A program made the position numbers and the translations under genes. Shown piece by piece: positions 44,359-53,403 of a stretch of DNA of 64,000 nucleotides. The stretch lies in assembly GCA_026195895.1 (NCBI GenBank), contig JAPHRO010000033.1:6739-70738 (forward strand), read 5' to 3'. Position 1 is the first letter of the stretch; each line of letters begins with the position of its first letter. This DNA comes from Gammaproteobacteria bacterium (GTDB lineage: Bacteria > Pseudomonadota > Gammaproteobacteria > SZUA-229). The notes beneath the pieces are model-generated. The model had not been told where the DNA came from. It searched no databases and saw nothing but the letters and a program-made list of their open reading frames with translations.

Positions 44359-44438
44359 TAAAATCTCACTTAAAAAATATATACGGTTCAGTAGAACCGC
44401 GGGATTATATATCAGCCCATTAAGGTTTGCCAATTAAT

Positions 44439-45464
44439 ATGATAGTTCTCGGAATAGAAACATCCTGTGATGAAACTGGCCTGGCCGTATACGACTCGGA
44501 CAGGGGCTTGCTTGCCCATACCCTGCATTCGCAAATCAAGCTACATGCCGAGTATGGCGGTGTGGTGCCGGAACTGGCCTCGCGGGATCATGTGCGCTAT
44601 TTATTGCCACTGGCGGAACAGGCACTGCAACAGGCGGGGGTCAGTAAGCATGAGCTTGATGGTATTGCTTATACGGCTGGCCCAGGCCTGATTGGTGCGT
44701 TGATGGTTGGAGCTTCCACCGGTCGAGCGCTGGCCATGACACTGGGAATCCCCGCGATTGCGGTGCATCACATGGAAGGTCATTTACTGGCGCCGATGCT
44801 GGAAGACGCGGCTCCCGATTTTCCTTTTATCGCTTTGCTGGTTTCCGGTGGGCACACCCTGCTGGCGGAAGTGCAGGGCATTGGCCAGTACCAGATACTG
44901 GGGGAGAGCCTGGATGATGCGGCAGGTGAGGCCTTTGATAAAACCGCCAAGATGCTGGATCTGGGCTACCCCGGCGGGCCGATTCTGGCCAAACTGGCCG
45001 AGCAGGGTCGCAGCGGACAATATAAATTTCCCCGCCCGATGGTTGATCGTCCTGGCCTGGATTTCAGTTTTAGTGGCCTGAAAACCTTTACCCTGAATAC
45101 CTGGCAGGATGCGAAACAGGCCGGCAGCGATGACGAGCAGACCAGGGCTGATATTGCACTGGCTTTTGAAGAAGCAGTGGTTGATACCCTGATGATAAAG
45201 TGTCGACGCGCGCTTCGAGAAACCGGTATTAAAACGCTGGTGATTGCCGGTGGCGTGGGGGCCAATTTGCGCTTGCGCGGTGCGTTGCAGGCGATGGTAG
45301 AAAAAGAAAATAGTGCGCTGTTTTATCCACGGATTGAGTTTTGTACTGATAATGGCGCAATGATCGCGCATGTGGGCTGTTTAAGATTGCAGGCGGGCCA
45401 GCAGGAAGATTTGCAGATCAATACCCGAGCGCGCTGGCCTATCGATGAGCTGGAAAAAATTTAA
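44439..45464 (+). CDS. tsaD: tRNA threonylcarbamoyltransferase
   Basis: [36 protein letters not shown] and CTDNGAMIA. Confidence 0.98.
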   Translation: MIVLGIETSCDETGLAVYDSDRGLLAHTLHSQIKLHAEYGGVVPELASRDHVRYLLPLAEQALQQAGVSKHELDGIAYTAGPGLIGALMVGASTGRALAMTLGIPAIAVHHMEGHLLAPMLEDAAPDFPFIALLVSGGHTLLAEVQGIGQYQILGESLDDAAGEAFDKTAKMLDLGYPGGPILAKLAEQGRSGQYKFPRPMVDRPGLDFSFSGLKTFTLNTWQDAKQAGSDDEQTRADIALAFEEAVVDTLMIKCRRALRETGIKTLVIAGGVGANLRLRGALQAMVEKENSALFYPRIEFCTDNGAMIAHVGCLRLQAGQQEDLQINTRARWPIDELEKI

Positions 45465-45482
45465 TCGTCAATAAATGCTAAT

Positions 45483-46097
45483 TTATTTTTTCGCACCGAT
45501 TTTATCTTCGGCGCCAGACAGCAGGTTGATTATATTGGTTCGGTGACGCCAGTAGAGCAGTGCGGCCATGAGCGCCGTTGTTGTTGCGATGACGGCAGAG
45601 TGGGTGACCAGCCAGGCGAGCAACGGGGAAAATAATGCCGCGACCAGGGCGGATAAAGAGGAGTAGCGGAAAGTAAAGGCCATGCTTAGCCAGATCAGAA
45701 TGGCCCCCAGGCCAATCATCCAGTGAGTACCAATCAACACACCCAGTAATGTCGCCACACCTTTACCGCCTTTGAAGCCATAGTAAACGGGATAGACGTG
45801 ACCGAGAAAGGCGGCCAGGCCGGTGACTGCTATCAACATATCGGTCATCGCAAAAACGTGTGCCAGTGAGACTGGAATCACGCCCTTGAGCATATCGCCG
45901 AACAGCGTAATTACCGCTGCTTTTTTGCCGCCTTCACGTAGCACATTGGTGGCGCCCGGATTGCCTGAGCCGACTTTACGCGGATCCGGCAGGCCCATGG
46001 CTTTACAGGTAATGATGGAAGTGGAAACAGAACCCAGCAAATAGCCAAACAGGCTAAAAGCAAGAATCAGTATAATAGGTTGCTGTAATGTATCCAC
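45483..46097 (-). CDS. plsY: Glycerol-3-phosphate acyltransferase
   Basis: YLLGS, GSGNPGATNVLR, FKGGKGVAT and RHRTNI; probable GTG start at 46097, avoiding overlap with bioH. Confidence 0.93.
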   Translation of the reverse strand: MDTLQQPIILILAFSLFGYLLGSVSTSIITCKAMGLPDPRKVGSGNPGATNVLREGGKKAAVITLFGDMLKGVIPVSLAHVFAMTDMLIAVTGLAAFLGHVYPVYYGFKGGKGVATLLGVLIGTHWMIGLGAILIWLSMAFTFRYSSLSALVAALFSPLLAWLVTHSAVIATTTALMAALLYWRHRTNIINLLSGAEDKIGAKK

Positions 46098-46157
46098 GCG
46101 CGATATCTGAATGTTTAAAAGAAGGCGCAATTTATCACGATTTGAATGGGGCTGCGA

Positions 46158-46910
46158 ATGTCGGCTAAAAAAGTAAACTGTGTATTTGTGCACGGCTGGG
46201 GAATGAATCGAGAAGTGTGGCAGCCGTTGCTGGATAGTTTGCCAGAATGGATTATACCGTTGGCAATTGATTTGCCTGGTCATGGTCAAAATGCCGCGAC
46301 AGGTTTTCAAACCCTGGATGATCTGGTGGCCGCATTAAATAATCGGGTCGATGATGCGGCAATCTGGATCGGCTGGTCGCTGGGCGGTCTGGCTGTGGCA
46401 CAGTTGGCGCTGCAATACCCGGAAAAAGTTAACGCGATAATGCTGGTGAGCAGCTCTCCCTGTTTCGTGCAAAAAAAAGACTGGTCAAGCGGTATGCCGG
46501 CCAGTATTTTTGATGAATTTTCCACCCAGCTAGAAGAAGATTTTTCAGGTACAATTCAGCGCTTTTTATCGCTGCAGGTTCGAGGCTCAGCAAGTGGTCG
46601 TCAGTTACTGCGTAGTTTGCGTAAAAAAATACTGGCACAACCGGCGGCCAATATCGATGCCTTGCGCAGTGGTTTGCAGGTACTGAAAAATACTGATTTA
46701 CGCACGCATTTATCCGGCGTAAATATGCCTGTCAGCTGGGTGCTCGGCGGCCAGGATGGCCTGGTTAAAGCCGAACTGGCGCAACAGTTAGAACAGCTGG
46801 TGCCTGGCGTAGCAACACATGTTTTTGAAAAAGCGGCACATGCGCCTTTTTTATCTCACCTGGAGGAATTTCGTGAACAGTTGATAGCGTTCACCAAACG
46901 TGTCACATGA
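46158..46910 (+). CDS. bioH: Pimeloyl-ACP methyl ester esterase
   Basis: HGWG, DLPGHG, GWSLGG and AHAPFLSH; coupled to bioC. Confidence 0.93.
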   Translation: MSAKKVNCVFVHGWGMNREVWQPLLDSLPEWIIPLAIDLPGHGQNAATGFQTLDDLVAALNNRVDDAAIWIGWSLGGLAVAQLALQYPEKVNAIMLVSSSPCFVQKKDWSSGMPASIFDEFSTQLEEDFSGTIQRFLSLQVRGSASGRQLLRSLRKKILAQPAANIDALRSGLQVLKNTDLRTHLSGVNMPVSWVLGGQDGLVKAELAQQLEQLVPGVATHVFEKAAHAPFLSHLEEFREQLIAFTKRVT

Positions 46911-47776
46911 CATCTTTAGCTAATAGCAATAAATATAGAATACGCAAACATTTTGATGCAAAAGCAGATTGTTATGAATCATCTGCGATTTTGCAAAATG
47001 AAGTATGTAATCGCATGATTGAGCGCCTGGACTGGGTGACGCTGAAACCGCAGGTGATTCTGGATGCGGGTAGTGGTACTGGCTGGGGTGTGCAGGGCTT
47101 GATGGAGCGTTACAAATCATCAAAACTCATAGCACTGGATCTGTCTGCCCAGATGTTATTGCAAACCAGAACCAAAGGTCGCTGGTTACGTAAGCCGGGA
47201 CTGGTGTGCGCCGACGCTGAGGCCATTCCGCTGGCAGACGAATCGGTTGATCTGATATTTTCAAATTTAATGTTGCAGTGGTGTCAGCCGGAACAGGCGT
47301 TCGCAGAATTTCGGCGCATTTTAAAACCTAATGGGCTGTTGATGTTTAGCACCTTTGGTCCCGATACATTAAAAGAATTACGTCATAGCTGGGCACAGGT
47401 GGATGCGGGTCGTCATGTGAATGAGTTTACCGATATGCATGATCTGGGGGATATCTTATTAACTACTGGATTTGCCGAACCGGTTATGGATATGGATTTG
47501 ATAACTTTAACTTATCAGGATGCCAAAGCAGTCATGACTGATCTGAAGGCAATAGGCGCGAATACGCCCATGGTGGATCAGTCCAAAGGATTGATGACAC
47601 CAGGCAAGCTAAAAAAAGTTTTCGAAGCCTATGAAAAATTTAGGAAATCCGATGTATTGCCCGCGACTTATGAAGTGGTTTACGGCCATGCCTGGAAAAT
47701 GCCCCAACGTATAAAAAAAATTGATAAAGAAAATTTCTCAATTCCTGTTGATCAGATAATAAAACCTCATAAATAA
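46907..47776 (+). CDS. bioC: Malonyl-ACP O-methyltransferase
   Basis: LDAGSGTG, FSNLMLQW, FSTFGPDTLKEL, DMHDLGD and PATYEVVYGHAW. Confidence 0.94.
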   Translation: MTSLANSNKYRIRKHFDAKADCYESSAILQNEVCNRMIERLDWVTLKPQVILDAGSGTGWGVQGLMERYKSSKLIALDLSAQMLLQTRTKGRWLRKPGLVCADAEAIPLADESVDLIFSNLMLQWCQPEQAFAEFRRILKPNGLLMFSTFGPDTLKELRHSWAQVDAGRHVNEFTDMHDLGDILLTTGFAEPVMDMDLITLTYQDAKAVMTDLKAIGANTPMVDQSKGLMTPGKLKKVFEAYEKFRKSDVLPATYEVVYGHAWKMPQRIKKIDKENFSIPVDQIIKPHK

Positions 47777-47872
47777 CTTTTGTATTTGATGTTATTAACG
47801 GTTGTTCATCTTCGTGTCGGTCTGCGCTATAAATAAATAACCCCCTTTTCTAATCAGATGAAGGAGATTGTT

Positions 47873-48220
47873 ATGACTCAGGTAGTAGAACACCGTGTTC
47901 CCGTGGGTGAAGGCCATTTAAAAGAACTGGCTGACTGGTCTGAAGCGCTGGCGAAACAATATGCACGCGAAGATGGAATTGAACTGACGCAGGAGCATTT
48001 TAATATTCTGGCTTATTTAAGAAAGTATTATGACAAGTATGGTCAGGGCTACAACGCACGAACCCTGTTGAATGTCATGGAATTTGAATTTGGTAACTGG
48101 GAAGGAAAGCGCCATTTATATGAATTGTTCCCGAAAGGCCCAGTGAGTCAGGGATGTAAATATGCGGGATTGCCCTTGCCGCCTAACTGCAATGATGCTT
48201 CATTTGGTTCGGTGCATTAA
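47873..48220 (+). CDS. TusE/DsrC/DsvC family sulfur-relay-like protein with C-terminal extension
   Basis: DWSEALA, GIELTQEH, LRKYY and LYELFPKGPVSQGCKYAGLP; AAGGAG RBS before the ATG at 47873. Confidence 0.85.
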   Translation: MTQVVEHRVPVGEGHLKELADWSEALAKQYAREDGIELTQEHFNILAYLRKYYDKYGQGYNARTLLNVMEFEFGNWEGKRHLYELFPKGPVSQGCKYAGLPLPPNCNDASFGSVH

Positions 48221-48245
48221 ATTTATTCAGCAAATTAAAAATCGC

Positions 48246-48281
48246 AAATAAAAAAAGCGGCTTAAGCCGCTTTTTTTATTT
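48246..48281. terminator. Bidirectional intrinsic terminator between the dsrC-like gene and rpoH
   Basis: Perfect palindrome AAATAAAAAAAGCGGCTTAAGCCGCTTTTTTTATTT between convergent genes. Confidence 0.9.
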
Positions 48282-48302
48282 AAAGTTTTGATGCAGTTGT
48301 AA

Positions 48303-49163
48303 TCAGGCTTCGAAAGAGGTTCTAAGTTTTTTCATCGCATTTTTTTCAAGCTGTCGAATACGTTCTGCTGAAACCTGGTATTTATCGGCCAGATCATGCA
48401 GCGTGGCTTTGTTGTCGTCGTCCAGCCAGCGAGACATCAGAATGTCTTTACTGCGCTCGTCCAGTTGATCCATGGATTCAGCCAGTACCTGCATTTGTTG
48501 CTGTTTCCAGTCATCACTTTCCAGTTGTCTTGCCGGGTCGCTGATTGGGCTGGCGACAAAGCTGGCAGGCGCGGCATAACTATCGTCGTCATCATCGGTG
48601 CCAGAATCAAAAGCCATATCATAATTGGCCAGGCGGGCCTCCATTTCGAGAACGGTTTCTGGCTTAACGCCCAGGTCTTTGGCGACGCCTTCGACTTCTT
48701 CCTGAGAGAACCAGCCCAGACGTTTTTTGGAGCTACGCAGATTAAAGAACAGTTTGCGTTGTGCCTTGGTGGTCGCTATCTTAACGATGCGCCAGTTGCG
48801 TAGTACAAACTCATGAATTTCTGCACGAATCCAGTGAACTGCAAAGGATACCAGTCGGACATTACGGTCAGGCTTAAAGCGTTTGACGGCTTTCATCAGG
48901 CCGACATTACCTTCCTGAATCAGGTCGGCGAGCGGCAGGCCATAACCCTGATAGCCACGTGCAACACGCACTACAAAGCGAAGATGCGGCATAATCAGTT
49001 TCTGCGCGGCGTCCAGTTCATCATGCTCAGCCAGGCGTATACCCAGTTCATGCTCTTCTGCTGCTGTCAGCATTGGAATGGCATTAATCCGCTGGATATA
49101 TTGATCCAGGCTACCGCTGCTTATGGGTAGATGATTTTGGGCAAGAATCAGTTCGTTTGTCAT
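48303..49163 (-). CDS. rpoH: RNA polymerase sigma-32
   Basis: [14 protein letters not shown]; RpoH box QRKLFFNLR; [10 protein letters not shown]. Confidence 0.97.
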   Translation of the reverse strand: MTNELILAQNHLPISSGSLDQYIQRINAIPMLTAAEEHELGIRLAEHDELDAAQKLIMPHLRFVVRVARGYQGYGLPLADLIQEGNVGLMKAVKRFKPDRNVRLVSFAVHWIRAEIHEFVLRNWRIVKIATTKAQRKLFFNLRSSKKRLGWFSQEEVEGVAKDLGVKPETVLEMEARLANYDMAFDSGTDDDDDSYAAPASFVASPISDPARQLESDDWKQQQMQVLAESMDQLDERSKDILMSRWLDDDNKATLHDLADKYQVSAERIRQLEKNAMKKLRTSFEA

Positions 49164-49196
49164 ATAAACTCAACTCCAATTGTCTCTGTGACTATA

Positions 49197-49223
49197 TTAG
49201 CACTCAAACAATAAGAGTGCTAA
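49197..49223. promoter_or_regulatory. CIRCE element (HrcA operator) upstream of rpoH
   Basis: TTAGCACTC-aaacaataa-GAGTGCTAA is an exact consensus match, 33 bp upstream of the rpoH start. Confidence 0.93.
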
Positions 49224-49273
49224 TCACAATATAAGTTCCTGTTAATAATGAAAAAAGAGACTAGCTGTAGGGT

Positions 49274-50137
49274 TTATTGATTAGCCGAGATGGCATTTTC
49301 CGGATGATGCAACTGTAAATATTGCTGGCGCAGGGTCAGCAGGGTGTTGATGCGAGCAACCAGCATGGGTTCTCTGATGGGTTTTTCCAGGATGTCATTT
49401 GCCCCGGCTGAAAAAATGCGATTGAGTCCATCCGGGTCGGCGTCGTAGTTGCTGGAGGTGGTGACCAGAATAGGTAGTTGCTCGTAGCCAAGGCCTATAC
49501 CATAACGAATTTCCCGAATCAGGTCACGGCCCGACATATGACCTTCTAGCTGGATGTCAGTTAGTATGAGATCAAATGGCTGCACATTGTGCGTCTCATT
49601 AAACGAATGCTGGATATTCTGTAGCGCATGTTCGGCGTCTTTTGCCAGTAGATAATTGTGACCATGCTGCGTCAGAAAGCTTTTTACCGCCTGGGCCACG
49701 GTCGCGCTGTCTTCGACGTAAAGAATATTGCCGGTAATGCTGGCTGCCGGGCCATCGTAGCTTAGAAATGATTTTATATAGCCGACCAGTTTTTTTTGTC
49801 CCAGTTTTTTATCGAAGTAGCCATTCACATACTGGCAGGCGATCTGTTCTTCTAAAACACCCATGTCCTCACCGGAAACCACGATCAATGGTGTGCGGTA
49901 ATTATGCAGTTCAACCCGAATTTTTTTGACCAGGTCGTGGCAGTCGATATCGGGCAGGTTGCGTGACATGGTGATCAGTTGATATTTATTTTTGATCAGC
50001 AGCTCAATCGCCTCGCCTGAGCTGGTGGCAATGTCTACTATGGTATTGCGAATATGCTTATGGATCAGTTTGGTGATAATAGCCAGGGCCGTGCCCGAAT
50101 GGTCTATTAACAGAACCCGTTGTTCTTTTTTCGTCAT
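49274..50137 (-). CDS. Tandem receiver-domain protein without an output domain
   Basis: REC1 is atypical (LIDHS...ITMSRNLP); REC2 is canonical (YVEDS...LTDIQL...EKP). Confidence 0.8.
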   Translation of the reverse strand: MTKKEQRVLLIDHSGTALAIITKLIHKHIRNTIVDIATSSGEAIELLIKNKYQLITMSRNLPDIDCHDLVKKIRVELHNYRTPLIVVSGEDMGVLEEQIACQYVNGYFDKKLGQKKLVGYIKSFLSYDGPAASITGNILYVEDSATVAQAVKSFLTQHGHNYLLAKDAEHALQNIQHSFNETHNVQPFDLILTDIQLEGHMSGRDLIREIRYGIGLGYEQLPILVTTSSNYDADPDGLNRIFSAGANDILEKPIREPMLVARINTLLTLRQQYLQLHHPENAISANQ

Positions 50138-50353
50138 CTTGTTTAAACCTGAATATTCCCGAAAATCCGTGGGCTGTAAGGCATATCTGCAATTTATTAA
50201 TAATTATTTTTGTTCTGGATAAAATGCCATTAATGCTGTCTGGCTTGAAGGCAGGCTATCCAGTAAATGCCACATTCCATCTAAATATAGCAGTTAAAGC
50301 CAGGTGGTGATGCCACATACGGGGTGATGAATCAATATTGCCGTTGAATTTGT

Positions 50354-51313
50354 TTAGCTGGGTTCGATTTCGTCGAGATGACGGCCCACGGCGATCCAGG
50401 AGCCCAGTAACCCCAGCAGGCAGCTAAATCCGATGAGCGACATGGCTTCGCTAAACGCCAGTCCGGTAAGCTGAAAAGCGCTGTTATACAGGCTGGCCAG
50501 GTTTTCCACTGAGCCGGCCAGAATGCCGATTGACAGGCTGATTAGTATCCAGGCCAGAATGCCGCCGCTCAGACCGTACCAGAAACCGGTATAGAGAAAC
50601 GGCCGACGAATAAATGCGTTGGTTGCGCCGATCAGTTTAGTAACTTCAATTTCTGAGCGCCGATTCTGGATATCCAGTCGAATAGTGTTGCCGACCACCA
50701 GCAATACGGCCATCGCGAGCAGAATCGAAATCACCCATATCCCTTTGCGGGCTATTTCCAGCATCGAGTACAGGCGTTTTACCCATTGCAGGTCCAGTTG
50801 GGCGATATCCACCTGTTTAAGTTCGCGGAGCTGTTTCATCAGGTGGGCTATTTTATCGGGGCGCTCAGGGTCAACCACGGGTTGTACCGCCAGAACATGG
50901 GGCAGGGGGTTTGAGCCCAGGGATTCGATGGCATCGCCAAACCCGGAGACGCGTTGAAATTCGGCCAGCGCCTGGTCTTTATGAATGAGTTTTACGCTGT
51001 CAATGCCATCATAAAGGCGGAGTTTGCTGGCCAGGGTTCTGGCCTGTTTTTCAGACACATTGGCTTTTAGAAATAGCGAAATCTGGGCGCTGTTATCCCA
51101 GCCAACGCTGACATGACTGGCATTGGATAGCAGTACATATAAGCCGGCGGGCAGTGCCAGGGCAATGGCAATCACCGCCGTCGTCATCGCCGATGAGGCA
51201 GGGCTGCGAAATAATACGCCCAGGCTGGCGATCAGTGTCCGCGCATGGTGAATGAAGTAGGCGGTAACCGGTGCGTTTCGGGCAGGCTTGTTGGAAGTGT
51301 CAGGCTTCGACAT
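50354..51313 (-). CDS. ftsX: Cell division permease FtsX
   Basis: Four TM segments; NPLP, VGNTIRLDI and KLIGATNAFIRRPFLY. Confidence 0.96.
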   Translation of the reverse strand: MSKPDTSNKPARNAPVTAYFIHHARTLIASLGVLFRSPASSAMTTAVIAIALALPAGLYVLLSNASHVSVGWDNSAQISLFLKANVSEKQARTLASKLRLYDGIDSVKLIHKDQALAEFQRVSGFGDAIESLGSNPLPHVLAVQPVVDPERPDKIAHLMKQLRELKQVDIAQLDLQWVKRLYSMLEIARKGIWVISILLAMAVLLVVGNTIRLDIQNRRSEIEVTKLIGATNAFIRRPFLYTGFWYGLSGGILAWILISLSIGILAGSVENLASLYNSAFQLTGLAFSEAMSLIGFSCLLGLLGSWIAVGRHLDEIEPS

Positions 51314-51986
51314 CTGCCACCTCTTTTAAATCGTCATGGATTAGCATGCCCTGGCTCAGGCTGATTACCGGGCTGCCCATCTGCTTGATCAGGTCCAGGT
51401 CATGGCTGGCGATCAGTACGGACACGCCCACCTGGTTAAAGCGGGCAAACAGCTCCATGATTTCGCGGGATAATTCAGGATCCAGATTACCAGTCGGTTC
51501 ATCCGCCAGTAATAATGAAGGTTTGTGTACGATGGCGCGGGCGATGCCGACGCGCTGCTGTTCACCGCCAGACAGCGTAATGGGCGCGCACTTTTCCTTG
51601 TTCAACAGGCCGACCTGATCCAGTGCAGCACGCACGCGCTTGCCAACTTCCCGATGCTGATAGCCTGCGATTACCAGTGGCAGTGCGACATTATCGAAGA
51701 CAGTGCGGTCATACAGCAGGTGGTGGTTCTGGAAAATAATGCCAATATTACGGCGGATGTAGGGGACTTTGCTGTTACGGACGTTGCTCAGATTGACGCC
51801 ATCCAGCAGTATGTTACCGCGACTGGGGCGTTCAATCAGGGCGATGAGTTTAAGCAGGGTGCTTTTTCCTGCGCCGGAATGGCCGGTGAGATAGGCCATC
51901 TTGCCACGGGGTAAATGAAAGCTGATGTTACTTAGCGCTTCATGGCCACCGGGATAGCGTTTATTCACATTGTCGAAACGAATCAT
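51300..51986 (-). CDS. ftsE: Cell division ATP-binding protein FtsE
   Basis: GHSGAGKST, LSGGEQQRVGIARA and LADEPTGNLD. Confidence 0.97.
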   Translation of the reverse strand: MIRFDNVNKRYPGGHEALSNISFHLPRGKMAYLTGHSGAGKSTLLKLIALIERPSRGNILLDGVNLSNVRNSKVPYIRRNIGIIFQNHHLLYDRTVFDNVALPLVIAGYQHREVGKRVRAALDQVGLLNKEKCAPITLSGGEQQRVGIARAIVHKPSLLLADEPTGNLDPELSREIMELFARFNQVGVSVLIASHDLDLIKQMGSPVISLSQGMLIHDDLKEVADVEA

Positions 51987-52063
51987 GGGTGGTTATTGTG
52001 CCGCATCGAAGGATTAAGGCAAGTGCCGGAGCTAACTGATTTTCAATTTATTTTTCAGTGGCC

Positions 52064-53284
52064 TCAGGTTTCTCGATCCAGCAACGCATCGACAAATTCC
52101 CGAGCATGGAATTCGCGCAGGTCGTCGATACCTTCACCAACACCGATGAACCGAATCGGTATACCCAGTTTTTCGGCAATGGCGAAGACGATGCCGCCCT
52201 TGGCGGTGCCATCCAGTTTAGTCAGTGCCAGACCTGTCAGTCCCATCGCTTCATTGAATTGCTGTGCCTGAATCAGACCGTTCTGACCAAAACCCGCATC
52301 CATTACCAGCAATACTTCGTGGGGCGCAGTGTCATCGAGTTTTTTCATCACGCGTTTTATTTTGATGAGTTCATCCATCAGGTTGGACTGGGTGTGCAGG
52401 CGGCCGGCAGTATCGGCGATAACGATGTCGATGTTTCTGGCGCGGGCAGAGTCGATGGCATCATAGATGACCGAGGCGGAATCCGCGCCAGTGCCCTGGG
52501 CGATAACCGGGATGTCGTTGCGTTCGCCCCAGGTTTGTAATTGTTCGACGGCCGCGGCGCGGAACGTATCGCCGGCGGCCAGCATGACCTTATGTCCCTG
52601 GTGCTGGAAGCGCCTGGCCAGCTTGCCAATGGTGGTCGTTTTACCGGCGCCGTTAATACCCACCACCAGAATGACGAAAGGTGAACGGGTCGAGTCAATA
52701 GTCAGTGGTTGATTGCAGGGTTGCAGGATATTTTCCATATCATCGCAGAGCGCTTCGAACAGCGCTTCGGCGTTATTCAGTTCCTTGCGGGAGACACGTC
52801 GGGTCAGATTGTTGATGATTTTACTGGTGGCCTCAATACCCACATCGGCCATGATTAAACGTGTTTCCAGCTCCTCCATGAGTTCATCGTCGAGGGTTTT
52901 TTTACCCAGTACCAGATCTGCCATGCCATCGGTGAGGCCATGACGGGTTTTGCTCAGTCGATTGCGCAGGCTGGAAAATAAGCCCGGTTTTGATGCTTTT
53001 TCCTGCTTATCATCGGTTTCGGTTTCGGTTTCGGTTTCGGTTTCGGTTTCGGTTTCGGTTTCGACTGTAGCGGCTATAGTTTCTTCAGTAGTCGATTCAG
53101 CTACTGCTACAGTCGGGACTGGCTCGACCGGTGTGTCGGGTTTTTCTACGGCGTCAATAGCTTCGGGAGCTTCGGGCGGGGCTTCAGGTTCCACCAGTTC
53201 CGTTGCAGGTGACGCATTTTCAGCGGGCAGTTCTTCTGCTTCAGGCTTTGTTTTATCTTTGTTGCGGCGTAGGAAACCAAACAT
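52064..53284 (-). CDS. ftsY: SRP receptor FtsY
   Basis: Acidic N-terminal region; GINGAGKTTT, DTFRAAA, DTAGR and TKLDGTAKGG. Confidence 0.97.
   Translation of the reverse strand: MFGFLRRNKDKTKPEAEELPAENASPATELVEPEAPPEAPEAIDAVEKPDTPVEPVPTVAVAESTTEETIAATVETETETETETETETETDDKQEKASKPGLFSSLRNRLSKTRHGLTDGMADLVLGKKTLDDELMEELETRLIMADVGIEATSKIINNLTRRVSRKELNNAEALFEALCDDMENILQPCNQPLTIDSTRSPFVILVVGINGAGKTTTIGKLARRFQHQGHKVMLAAGDTFRAAAVEQLQTWGERNDIPVIAQGTGADSASVIYDAIDSARARNIDIVIADTAGRLHTQSNLMDELIKIKRVMKKLDDTAPHEVLLVMDAGFGQNGLIQAQQFNEAMGLTGLALTKLDGTAKGGIVFAIAEKLGIPIRFIGVGEGIDDLREFHAREFVDALLDRET
53013..53063. repeat. Hexanucleotide microsatellite (TCGGTT)x8 encoding (ET)8 in FtsY
   Basis: Eight perfect copies from 53013 to 53060 plus a partial copy. 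Confidence 0.95.
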
Positions 53285-53403
53285 AATTATCTAATAGGTT
53301 GTATATCAGGATGCGCTTATCCTATCATCGCCATTACTCAGGTGAAACTTTTAAGTTATCGTCTGAGTCCTATGCGCAAGATAACTAACCGTGAGGGAAC
53401 TCT

